Source: Chiloscyllium plagiosum (lineage: Eukaryota). From it: a DNA stretch of 33,583 nucleotides. Below are positions 11,650 to 22,963 of the stretch, in pieces. Position 1 is the first letter of the stretch. Each line of letters opens with the position of its first letter. Location of the stretch: positions 75,219,730-75,253,312 of the forward strand of contig NC_057711.1 in the NCBI RefSeq assembly GCF_004010195.1, written 5' to 3'. The translations under genes and the position numbers were made by a program. The notes beneath the pieces are model-generated. The model made no database searches, was not told where the DNA came from, and saw only the letters and a program-made list of their open reading frames with translations.

Positions 11650-12970
11650 ATGTGATCTGGAATAGGTTAGTAAAGGATTGAAGTCTTTTTATGTAGAGGC
11701 TGAGACTAATTGTGAGGTATGTCTATGTGAAAGCATTAAGTGAGGCTTGAAGATTCTCTTCTGAGAGAGTAGAGGTGATATTATCATCCCCAAACTGAAG
11801 CTCCATCAGTAAAGCTGGAGCTGTTCTCTTCTTGGATTTCAGGCAGGTGAGGTTGAAAAGTTTTCCACCAATCCTGCAGACTACGTCCTCACTATTAGGA
11901 AATTTGTTCTTGCCCAGATGAAGAATGGTGGCAATGAAAATGGAAGCAATGACACACCTCTGATTGACCCCTGTATTGATCATATTACTGTCAGTGAGGA
12001 GTGTCACTAACATCTTGTCAAGGAGGAGACAGAGGATGTTGATGCTTGCACTGGACATTAATCCTCGACAGTTTCTTTCATAGCACTACCTGATTGACAG
12101 AGTCAAAAGGCTTAGTCAGGTCAATGAAGACCATGTAGAATGGTTGGTGTTGTTCCTGGCATTTTCTTAGAGTTGAAAAATGTGTTGCTGGAAAAGCGCA
12201 GCAGATCAGGCAGCAGCAAAGAAGCAGGAGAATCAACGTTTCGGGCATAAGCCCTTCTTCTTTGATGCTGCCTGACCTGCTGCGCGTTTCCAGCAACACA
12301 TTTTTCAGCTCTGATCTCCAGCATCTGCAGTCCTCACTTTCTCCTATTTTCTTAGAGTTGTTGAGCATTGAATATCATGTCCATAGTTCCACGGCTTTAT
12401 GCAAATCTGCTCTAGCTATCAGGAAGGAATCTCTCGGAGACTGGGAGAAGGTATCTAAAGAGAATTCAGGCAAGGACCTTCCCAATGATGGGAGACTCCT
12501 CAATAGTTCCTGCAGTCAATTTTGCCTCCTTTCTTGAATATGGTGACAGCATCTCTGAGAACGGCAGGGATTTCTTTTTTGTCCCAGATTTTCAGGAGCA
12601 GTCAATGGAGAAGATGGGTAAGCTCTGCTCTTCCAAATCTCTGCTAGAACCCTGTCTAGCCCTGCAGCTTTTCCATTCTTCATATGGCTAGTGGAGGCTT
12701 CAATTTCTGCCACACTAGGTGGGAATCCAAAATCATCTTTGATGGCGATTTGGGAGATTTCCTCAAACAAGTCTTCAGCAATGATTGTATCATGGTTTAG
12801 GAGTTCTTTGAAGTGTTCTGTCATCTGAGGCTGATGTTTTCTCTGTCTCTTAAAAGGGTACTACCTTTATTCCACACTAGTTTGAGCCCAAGAGTGTTGG
12901 GTCCATATAGTATATTAGCAGTACTGAAGAAACCTTGGGTATTGTGCTTGCTGGCAAGGAGTTGAAGCTA
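11650..12970 (-). mobile_element. RTE-clade LINE reverse transcriptase fragment (pseudogenised)
   Basis: EHFKELLN...PPSVAEIE...MKNGKAAGLD..LAEIWK; DMIF..QQL*EKCQEQHQPFYMVFIDLTKPFDSV; GVNQRCVIA; ELQFGDD. These are RTE-type RT motifs with stops and frameshifts. Confidence 0.9.
12176..12345. mobile_element. ORF-less fold-back mini-element made of PLE family A terminal repeats
   Basis: 12175-12220 is the reverse complement of 12261-12306 (46 bp, 3 mismatches). The right arm matches the 3' terminus of the PLE at 3914-3995. Perfect 15-bp TSD attttcttagagttg at 12161-12175 and 12346-12360. Confidence 0.92.
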
Positions 12971-13431
12971 TGAACAGCCATTCACAATACACATAGATGG
13001 AGGGAAACAAAAAGGAAAAGCTTCTGATGGCACATAAGTGGCAAGGGTAACACATCATGGCAAGTAGAATCACAACATGCGTACATGTGTTGTTATTTTA
13101 CACCAGCATCTGAATGACTGACCGCCGTTATAACTGCAGCCATAAACGTGAAGAGACAAAGGCTAGCACCATATCATCTTAGAACTTTGTATCAGAGAGT
13201 GTTTCTCTTTCCCTAATGTCCAATGCTTCATAACATCTTATCATTTTAACAGAACTCTTCTTAGCTCACCCTGACCATATTAGAACGACAGCCCTGACTG
13301 ATGAGTGAACAGACTATTGTCCATGCTTTGAATACTTCAACCAGTTTATACATTAAAAACATTTCGCCTACATGCTCTTGTTAGTGAGGCGAACAAAGGG
13401 ACATAGAACTCATTTTGTTAGTCAACTGCAC

Positions 13432-14425
13432 GTCTTGAAATGCATAGAAGTGGATAAATCCACAGGACGCGATCTGGTGTACCCTAGAATCTATGGGAAG
13501 GCAGGGACATAATTGCTGGGACCCTTGCTGAGATATTGGTATAATCAATAGTCACAGGTGAGTTGGCAGAAGACTGGTTTCGCTAACATTTAAGAAAAGT
13601 GGTGTGGAAAAGCCAGGGAACTATAGACTGGTGAGCTTGACATCGATTGTGGGCAGGTTTTTGGAGGGAATCCTGAGGGACAGGATTTACATGTATTTGG
13701 AAAGGCAAGGACTAATAAGGGATAGTCAGCATGGCTTTGTGCATGGGAAATCATGTCTCGCGAACTTGATTGAACTTTTTCAATAAGTAACAAAGGGCAG
13801 AGTGGTAGATGTGACCTTTATGGACTTCAGTAAAGTGTTCAACAAGGTTCCTCATGGGAGACTGGTTAGCAAGGTTAGATCTCATGGACTACGGGGGAAC
13901 TAGCCATTTAGATACAGATACAGAAGACAGAGGGTGGTGGTGGAGGGTTGCTTTTTGGACTGGAGGCCTGTGACCAGTGGAGTGCCACAAAGATTGGTGT
14001 TGGGTCCACTACTATAAATGATTCAGAAGTGAGCATAGAAGGTATAGTTAGTAAGCTTGCAGCCACCAAAATTGGAGGTGTAGTGGACAGCGAAGAAGGT
14101 TACCTCAGAGTACAACGGGATCTTGGTCAGATGGCCAATGGACTGAGGAGTGGCAGATGAAGTTCAATTTTGATAAATGCAAGGTGCTGCATTTTGGAAA
14201 AGCAAATCAGAGCAGGACTAATATACTTAATAGTAAGGTCCTGGGAAATGTTGCTGAACAAAGAGACCTTGGAGTGCAGGTTCACAGTTCCTTGAACAGG
14301 AAGAGTTTAGAGGGATATGGGTCAAATGCTAACAAATGGGACTAGATTAGGTGAGGACAGCTGGTCGTCATGGATGAGTTGTACAGAAGGGTCTATTTCC
14401 GTGTTGTACATCTCTATGACTCTAT
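13432..14425 (+). mobile_element. CR1 LINE RT region with internal deletion and 3' tail
   Basis: KPGNYRLVSLTSIVGRFLEGILRDRIY..LIRDSQHGFVHGKSCLANLIELF and MKFNFDKCKVLHFG..EQRDLGVQVH. The sequence jumps to the 3' end near 14294 and ends in tctctatgactcta. Confidence 0.93.
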
Positions 14426-14499
14426 TACTTGATTTTATTTACAAACTATTCCTTAGTAAAAATGCAACATGAGCATTTCCAAAATTCCCAAAGCATTTG

Positions 14500-14810
14500 C
14501 TTTCTCTCTAGCTCCAACAGTCTGAGAAAGGATATGACCCACAATGATCCACATGTTTGAGATGGTCCGTTGGAATCTCCTTCCTCTCTGAAGTAGGTCT
14601 TGCTCTCTTCCACAATGGAGTATCTCAGTGGTCAGGGCAGATCTTCTCCTGGGTCTTCCTGGTTTGCTGCACTGTTTCCACCTGAGGTTTTGCTGTGAGT
14701 CTTCGCTGAGTGGTATGCAACCAGGTGTAGGTTTTTATCCCACCTCACTCTGGACCTTCCGGAATGTTCTATGGCCTTTGCCAATTGGGTCATGAGTGGG
14801 ATTCGAAGCA
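14500..14810 (-). mobile_element. Possible ERV/LTR-element integrase remnant with downstream env-like start
   Basis: Minus frames read LMTQLAKAIEHSGR (resembles the end of an integrase core) directly followed by YTWLHTTQRRL (resembles the retroviral IN C-terminal TWIHxxxC motif), then MWIIVGHILSQTVG. Short motifs only. Confidence 0.35.
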
Positions 14811-16019
14811 TCCAATGAGATCACATCAACACCCTTTGTTGCTGCCATGCTGGGGAGATGGTAAGTGCACATCTTCAGGCATTGGCTAGAAGTCAAGGTG
14901 TCAGAAAATCTGACTGATACTTCTCCAATTCACACCCCTCAGTTTGGTTGTGATGGTTCCCCTGAGTCTCTTTGACCTTGGTTTCCACTGTTCTCTGCAG
15001 ACAATAGCTATTGGCTGCTGTTTAATTTAGTTTGGATGATTTTCTATCAGGTCCAAGCTTTGGTTAAAATTAGAGCATTCAATTTTGAGTTCAATGTCCC
15101 TTGACCTTAACTGACCTCTGAGAAATTCCAAACTGACTTAGTACTGTTTGCACTGGACCTACAGGACTGACCATAGTCCCACTCCCCAGATTATAACAAC
15201 AGGGAATTCTGAAAGTCTCAAGTGACTATGTCTATGTTCCTGGGCTGATATCAGACAGTGTCATTGACTTAGTTTGCTGGTAGCCCCTGACTAATGGATG
15301 TATTCCTTGACTTAACTGAGAACCACTCCCCTTAGAGTTTCAGAGATGGCCGTTTGGTTGAAGTACATGCAACGTATTTGCCACATAAGCTGCTGGCACA
15401 TGGTAACACAGTGATATAGCATGGTGCCATACAGCAACATATCCAGCCCCACCACTGTTCATTGCTGGCAACTGCAGCAAGCTAATTGGGTTTGTGTCTG
15501 CATTGAAAGGCAAGGCAAAAGCATAATGAGGCTGTAAGTTCTCAATGAAGTGACAAGGCACGAAAAGGCAAGCGAGAGAAGCTATAAACCTCTAAGTAGG
15601 CACAAAACGAATGGGCAACAAGACAGGATGCTAAGATGCTAAGACAGGATGTTACAAACTATTCCAATCCATGAGGTAGGTGCATGCCCTTGCATGCAAG
15701 TGGCCTGACCGGAGCATTACAATGTAAGTTGTTGGTGCATTCCAAAGTATTGAAGTGGATAATTGGATTTTAAGTGAGCCAGATATGTGCCATGATGATG
15801 CGGTGAGACTGGCCCATGTGCAATGCCAACCTTTACAGGTCAAATAATGTGCGTGGTCTCTACCCATGTACAGTGCCAAGAGATGTTGGGGAATGCTGGA
15901 TAAGATGGATGCCCAGAGGAGCAGATGGAAAGCTGGAGCTGCGAGGTGCTGTCCTGCCTGGAATTGTCACAGAATTCTCTGATGCATGGGGGAATGATAA
16001 ACTGCATACAAATGAGGTG

Positions 16020-16189
16020 AAAGTCAGAAGTCACACAACATCAGGTTATAGTCTGAAATCAACTTCACCAGATAAAGGAGCAGCGCTCAAAAAGCTTGTG
16101 ATTTCAAATAAATGTGTTGGACTGTAACCTGGTGTGGTGTGATGTCTGACTTTGTCCACCCCAGTTCAACACCGGCACTTCCATATCAT
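16020..16189. mobile_element. ORF-less fold-back mini-element of PLE family B terminal repeats
   Basis: Short arm 16020-16053 is inverted relative to 16120-16153. The long arm starts at a decayed hammerhead ucac-cagauaa-aggagc-agc-gcuca-aaaa-gcuu-guga (16065-16101) and ends ccccagttcaacaccggcacttccatatcat, homologous to 19262-19292 reversed. Confidence 0.85.
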
Positions 16190-16444
16190 AAGTGAGATTA
16201 GGTTATAGTAAGATTTTAATACAGGCAAATAGGACTCTTACTGCTCACTGCTGAGGTTCTCATCTCACCATTCAAACCTTGGGTGCAAAATTGGAACCAT
16301 TTTTTTCTTGACACAGAGAATCTAAGATTTCCAAAAAGCATAATGAGGTTGTAAGTTCTCATCATTGCCCACACTGTTCCGGAGGCTAGGAAAATTCAGC
16401 TCATGTTTCTAATTATCAAAGGAAACAGCGTGTAACAATTGACG

Positions 16445-18860
16445 ATAAGATATAGGAGAAGAATTAGGCCATTCAGCCCATTGAGTCCACCATTCAATCA
16501 TGGCTGATATCTTTCTCAACGCCATTCTCCTTCCTCCTCCCCATAACTCTTGATACCCTTAATAATCGAGAACCTATCTCTATCTTAAATACATTCAATG
16601 ACTAGGTTTCCACGGCCCGCTGCAACAATGAATTCTACAGATTCACCACCCTCCGGGCTGAAGAAATTCCTCCTCATCTCAGTTTAAATTGGATTCCCTA
16701 AGGTGTGGAAACTAGCCATTTTGCCCAATAAGTCCACACCTACCCTCCAAACATTAACAACCCATTTCCCGACATTTACCCCTGACTGATGCACCTAACA
16801 CTATGGGCAATTTAGCACGGCCAATTCACCTGACCTGCACATCTTTGGAATATGGGAGGAAACCAGAGCACCCGGAGGAAACCCACACAGACATGGGGAG
16901 ATTGTGTAAACTCCACACAGACAGTTGTCCGAGGTGGGAATTGAATCCGGGTCCCTGGCGCTGTGATGGAGCAGTATTAAGCACTGAGCCACCGTGCCAT
17001 CTGAAAGGGCTATCTTTTCACTCTTAGGCTATGCCATGAGGTCCTATTCTCACCTGCTTGTGGAAATATTTTCACTACATCCATTTTGTCCAGGCCTCTC
17101 AGTCATCTATACTTCAATAAGAACTCTCCTCATCCTTCTAAACTCATTGTGTAGAGAACACTTCTCATATAACAAGCCTTTCTTACCTAAGGTCATTCTG
17201 GTAAACCTTCTACTGGACCCTTTCCAATCCAGCACATCTTCCTTAGATAGAAAACTATCCCAAAACTGCTCACAATATTCCAAATGCAGTTTGACCAGAG
17301 TTTCATACAGCCTCAGCAGTGAATCACTGCTGTTGTATTTTAGCCCTTTTCAAGTGAATGCTAACATTGCATTTGCCCTCCTAACTGCCAACTGATCTTG
17401 TGTATTAACCTTAAGGGAACCCTGAACTAGGACTCCTAAGTCCCTTCTTGCTTCAAATTTCCAAAGCTTTTTCCCATTTAAAAAACATTCTATGCCTTTA
17501 TTCTTCCTACCAATGTGCATGACAACATGTTTCCCACATTATGTTTCACCTGACGCTTCTTTTCTCACTCTCCTAGCCTGACCAAGTCCTTCTTCAGCCT
17601 CCCCACTTCTTCAACACTACCTATTGCTCCACCTATCTTTGTGTCATCTACAAACTGAGCATCAATGCCCTCAGGTCCTTCGTTCACTTTGTTAATGTAT
17701 AACGTGCATTGTTGTGACCCCAACACTGACCCCTATTGAACTCCACTAACCACCAGCTGCCATCTTGAAAAATGATCCATTTATCCTCACTCTCTGTCTT
17801 TAAAGACTTCCCAATACTTTGGCTTCCCCACTAATTTTTACTACATTGTCATTTTATGCAGTCCCTGACTTCCTTGTCAGCCATGGTTGCCTCATCATCC
17901 CCTTAGTACGTTTCTTTTTCATAGGGATGAATTTCTTCTGCACGTCCCGAATTACTGCCAAAAACCTCTTACATTGCTGCTACATATCCAATCAACTCTG
18001 ACCAGCTCCTCCATCGTGTCTTTGCAGTTACATTTATTCAGTTGTAATGCCATTTCATCTGATTCCAGCTTCCCTCTCTCAAACTTCAGGGTAAATTCTA
18101 TCATATTATAGTCACTGCCCGCTAGGGGTTCCTTCACCTTAAGCTTCCTAATCAAGTATGCCTCATTACACATTAGCAAATCCAAAATTACCTGCTCCCT
18201 AGTAGGCTCCATCACAAGCTGCTCCAAAAACTATCCTGTAGACATTCCACATATTCCCTTTCTTGGGTTCTGCTATCCTTCTGATTTTCCCAGTCCATCT
18301 GCATAGTGAAGTTCCCCAGATGATTTGTAATCATGTCTTTCTTGTATGCCTTCTCAGTCTCCTGATTTAGTTTCTTCCCCCTGTCCTAACTACTGCTGGG
18401 AGGTCTTGACATAACTCCCACCAGGGCTTTTTTACCTTAGCGGTCCCTCAACTCTACCCACATAGCCTTCTGTCTCTATATTACAAGGTAACAAGGTAAC
18501 TCTGTCCTTTTGACAGGATGGATATCTTTGGATATTTCATTCCCAACCTTGATCCCCTTGAAGCCACATCTCTATGATCCTCACACTATATACTCACAAA
18601 TTTCAATGTTATCAGCTTTGTTTCGTATATTGTGTGCATTTGAGCACAAGACCCTCAGTCCTGTGATGACCAACCCCACCTTGTCAGAGTTGTCCTTTTC
18701 CCTCCTGTACCTGAAGTTCCATTCTTGAGCTTTTCCATCCTCTCTGTCCTATTATTTCTTCTGGAAACTTTAATAATCTTTGCTGACCCCTCCTTCCTTG
18801 AACTTCTTCCATAATTTTCCATGCAACTGCAATTACACCCCATTATTTAGGTTAAAGTAC
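16445..18860 (-). mobile_element. CR1 LINE with internal deletions (3' UTR, RT, AP endonuclease end, upstream region); interrupted by a SINE
   Basis: 3' end gataagatataggagaagaattaggccattcagccc; AQFVDDT near 17640-17660; EQLVMEPTREQVILDLLMCNE..VKEPLAGSDYNMIEF (endonuclease C-terminus). Confidence 0.9.
16688..16999 (-). mobile_element. HE1-like tRNA SINE nested in CR1
   Basis: Minus strand starts tggcacggtggctcagtgcttaatactgct, B box ggattcaattcc. Homologous to 22964-23258. Confidence 0.9.
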
Positions 18861-19345
18861 TATGCACTTACGCAAAGATTACTGAAGTCATAAAATGCCC
18901 TTACCAATACAGAAGTAATAAAAACTAATGCTCTAAGTTAATGATACAGGAGTGATTTTTTTTTTGAGTGTCAGTTATATTTCTTTCTCATGGTCTTTTT
19001 ACACTAGAACCAACTGCACAATTGGCACTGGATATATTGACAGCTATGGACAATGTTAAGCAGTTTTAAATACAGGTGTAAACTATCAAAATTGAGCATG
19101 TAAACCTTTGACAGAAATGTCACTTAAATTTGATTCCATTTATACAGACCTATTATGGTGCGTAGTTGTTTGAAATACCTGCTAATCTTGCTCTTAAAGG
19201 TTAACTAAAAAAAACACAAATTCCAACTAGAAAACAGGCACCTACATTTTTTCCACAAGACCTGGAGGCGCCGGTGTTAGACTGGGGTGAACAAAGTTAA
19301 AAATCATACAACACTGAGTTATAGTCCAACAGGTTCATTTGGAAG

Positions 19346-19380
19346 CACTAGCTTTCAGAGCACTGCTCCTTCATCACGTG
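19346..19380 (-). ncRNA. Hammerhead motif, family B (C3 mutated)
   Basis: CAC-GUGAUGA-A-GGAGC-AGU-GCUCU-GAAA-G-CUA-GUG. Confidence 0.65.
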
Positions 19381-19401
19381 GTTAAGCTTAACCTCCATAA
19401 C

Positions 19402-19436
19402 CACTTGATGAAGAAGCAACGCTCCAAAAGCTAGTG
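19402..19436 (+). ncRNA. Hammerhead motif, family B (C3 and G12 mutated)
   Basis: CAC-UUGAUGA-A-GAAGC-AAC-GCUCC-AAAA-G-CUA-GUG. Confidence 0.6.
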
Positions 19437-20461
19437 CTTCCAAATAAACCAGTTGGATTATAACCTGGTGTTGTGTGTTTTTTAACTTTTCTGACAAGGG
19501 TGGTTCTGTTGTTATTTGCCACATCAACCTCTATATAACAGAGGCCAAATCAAAACTTTCTTACAGTGAAATATAATCCTAACACTAAACACCAAACCAA
19601 TAATTTCAATTCTCTCATTAAGCTTATGGCCTGGAAATCTTCCAAGCTTGTTCTCTGATACTGGCTCCCAATCAGGAACTTCTATCTCCTTACCAAAATC
19701 ACTTAAAGGCTATTACTGGCAAACTCATGGCTTCAACCTCTTCCTATCACAATGAATTGACTTCTTCCTATTTTGACTTTATTTTCTTTCCCTTTTTCCA
19801 GATTCTTACTTCACACAACATGACTCTATTGATGTCAGCAGTTTCCTGGTTCAAATAATCTTCTCTACATCACAGATATCCAATCTGCCTGCATCTTCAT
19901 CCATCACTAGACTGGTCTAAGGGCTCTCAGCTTTGTCCTGAATGGAAGCCCCATCAGTCTCCATCCGCCACAACCATCTTCCACCTACCTGACTTCACTA
20001 CCCCATTAAATAATTTCTTGAACATGAATCACTTCCTCCAAATAAGGGATCTTGCCAAAATAATTAATAGATATGCCTTTTTTTGTGGAAAATTCAGAAA
20101 AATCTTTATAACAGTCCTATGGTTCCCCTTTCCTCCCACTCTTTTGCATGTATTTTGATGACTGCTGGTGCTATTTAGTGTTTTTACTTTGAACTGAAGG
20201 ATTTAATCAAGTTTGATTTCAATGTTCACCCCATATCACCTTCAAAAGATTGACCTCCAACTCTTCCCTTTCTTTCATGAACTTCCCTGTCTCCATATGT
20301 TGGGACACACAATCAATGAAATCCTTTTATCCCATTGTCTCCCACAGCTACCATCCTCACACCCTGCTTTCTGAAGAATTCTATTGCATTCTCCCAGTTT
20401 CATTGCATTTTCCTCTTTGCATTTATTCTGATGATGCAACTTCCCATACCAACATTTCTAA

Positions 20462-20610
20462 AACAACAGCACCAGAATTAGGAGTGTAATTGGCCTCATT
20501 TTGGCATTATTTGGCCTCTTGAGCCTTCTCTGCTATTAAATAAAATGATGGTTGATCAGACCATGGTCTCAATTCCACTTTCCTGTCTGCCTCCCTATAA
20601 TCCTCAACTT
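20462..20610 (-). mobile_element. Short CR1 3'-end fragment inserted in the PLE
   Basis: ttggcctcttgagccttctctgctattaaataaaatgatggttgatc...tcaattccactttcctg parallels the CR1 3' end at 27540-27630. Confidence 0.65.
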
Positions 20611-21550
20611 CTTTTCTCTTTTGTTTCTCAGCATGGTTCCTTCCCAGCATGGTTGATAGAGGTCTTGACCAAGTCCATCCCATTTTTTTGCATCTCTGTT
20701 CTCACTCTTTTCCTGAACTATAATAGTGCTCTCTTCACCTGCACCTTCCACCTCAGAGGCCATTGTACTCAATTGATAGCCCTCTGCCATTTTCAGTATC
20801 TCTAAAGTGATCAAGCACATATCCTCCCCCTATCCAACATTCCAAAGTTCGCCATTCCTTATTACCCCAACACTTGTCCTTCCCTTTCCAGGGCATCTTT
20901 CCACATAACCCTTTTAGTTCCTTTTTTCTTATTGACCAGGCGCGCAAATATGGTGTCCGGTGAAACAGTGCTTTATCTGTACTTTGTTCAACATAGTCTA
21001 TTGTATTCATCGATGCCAAATGTAATGTACCTTGCACTGGGAAGAACAAATGCAGACTGGCTGATTGCTTTGCAGAACATTCTACAGGCATAACCCCAAC
21101 TATCCTAATTTTTGTCATTTTAAGTTGCAACTTGCTCCCATTCTGATTTCTCTGTTGTCTGTCTCCTGCAACACTCTAGTGAAGCTCAATGCAAGTCTAA
21201 GAACCTCTGGCTCACCTTTTAATTAGACACTTTCCAGTCTCTCTCACTCATCTTTGAATTCAAGTCTTTTAACTTCTGCCCCTCATTTTGTATCCCTTTT
21301 CTCTGATGATTATTGTTTTAATTTCATTCTTCCTCCTTCCTTGTTTTCAGATGTTTGTGAATCTGCCATTTACACCTCCTCCAGACACATCTTTTTCATC
21401 CTTTTGGTATTTTACCATTGCCCTTTTTTTCCCATTTTATCTCTCCCACTTTCCACCTTATCACTTTCCTCATATTCTTTTCCTACCTTCCCTCTTTCAC
21501 TTGCTTATTTCGAACATTTTCAATGTTTACACATTTTAAACTTCTGCCCC

Positions 21551-21583
21551 TTCTGATGAAAGGTCATCAACCTTAAACATGAA
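21551..21583 (+). ncRNA. Hammerhead motif, family C (partly decayed)
   Basis: UU-CUGAUGA-A-AGGU-CAUCA-ACCU-UAAA-CAUG-AA. The CUGAUGA box and stem II are intact; G12 and the cleavage triplet are mutated. Confidence 0.6.
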
Positions 21584-22599
21584 CTTTGCTTCTCACTCTA
21601 CAAAAGCTACCTGACATGCTGAATATATCAATATTTTCTATTGAAAATCTAGTGTGGAATGATATAACTACACTAGCACTCATAGCAGATGGGGGGAAGG
21701 TGACAGACTCAAGTATTCATGACTAATCTAACATCATCTAAGGAGTATGGAAGCTTATATTACATATCCCTAGGCTCTTTGGTATTTTATTTGCTTAGAT
21801 TATACCTGAAATTGAAAAAAATCTAGGCAATCCATTGGGAATTAAAGCACACATTTACTCTTTCTCAGCTCAACAGTCAATATTGGAGGAAGAATCCAAA
21901 TATTGCTCAATGATCCTAAAGCATCCATTTGCCAGTGATAAAATAACAAAGATTAGCTTTGAGAGAAACAAACGCTTTAATAATATTGCAGCATCGTGTT
22001 AAATTTTTGGGAATTCAGAAGAAAGGGTCGGCTGGAAATTATTTTAACATCGTCAACACCTAAGCTCTCCAAAAGGTAGGATTTTTGATTAACTTAAAGC
22101 ATGGAAGCACAAAGAGCAATCCAGTCTTTATGCTGCACAAAACCTTGTTTTCAAAGGCTTGTGAAGTGGCTTGTGTCAACATCTAAATCCAAATTGCCTC
22201 TTTCAAAGTGCTGTTCTGAGACATGCACTCCAGAAACCGTTGGATACATAACATTTATTTCCTCACACAAAGGAAAGAATCCTCATTAAACAGCAAATCC
22301 AACTCATTCGTCAACATTGACTTTGAAGCATTCCCAAGCATTTCATATGAGAATTGGGACTGCATTCTCTTATTCCAGAGAATCACTGACAGAACAGAAT
22401 CAGAATGTGTTTATTGAGTGGCATTCCTTTTCTGATAACATGCAAATATTTTCTGATATGGTTCATGGTATCAAGGCCAAGGGTGGATCTAATAGCAAAA
22501 AATTTCCACGGCAATAAAAGATTTTGGAACTTGTGAATTTTGACACAATGGAAACATTCATTTTCGTTGAAATATTTAGAGGGACAGTTTGGAATGCTT

Positions 22600-22705
22600 G
22601 AAAAATATTTGAAAGTGCTGGAAGTACCCAGACATTTTTTTTTTCAAAAGATTCAAAAAGAAAAAAAATAAGTCTGGGTTGAGATCTTTCACCAGAACTG
22701 AAATG
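22600..22705 (-). mobile_element. Highly decayed PLE family C terminal repeat with hammerhead remnant
   Basis: Minus strand gttctggtgaaagatctcaaccc ... tctgggtacttccagcacttt parallels 21551-21640. Confidence 0.45.
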
Positions 22706-22963
22706 AAGGAAGGCTGCATTATTAACAATAGATCAAAAGAAGGGAAGGACAATGGACAAAGACTGAATATACAGAAAGACTAACTGCCATGCGAGCGAAT
22801 GTATGTTCCTGCAAAAATGATTTTCTGTGAAATACTAAAAGATGTACAAAGCTGAAGTACAAGTTCAATCTTGACGTGAAATGACAATTAAATAAGTTCC
22901 AAGCTGTAAAACAAAAAGATAACTGGGAGGAAAAGATCATACAGATGCATTTTCACAGTCAAT

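Larger units (their letters stand above)
19262..19489. mobile_element. Palindromic ORF-less mini-element of PLE family B with two opposed hammerhead motifs
   Basis: 92-bp inverted arms 19293-19384 and 19398-19489 around a 13-bp spacer. Degenerate TSD ttttccacaag / ttttctgacaag. Confidence 0.9.
19790..21640 (+). mobile_element. Old, degenerate Penelope-like element (RT, GIY-YIG, terminal repeat family C)
   Basis: YFDDC near 20151-20165; KNSIAFSQF...IYSDDATSHT; FICTLFNIVYCIH...TGKNKCRLADCFAEH (GIY-YIG). A pyrimidine tract and a terminal repeat with a hammerhead remnant follow. Collinear with 2845-3995. Confidence 0.8.
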
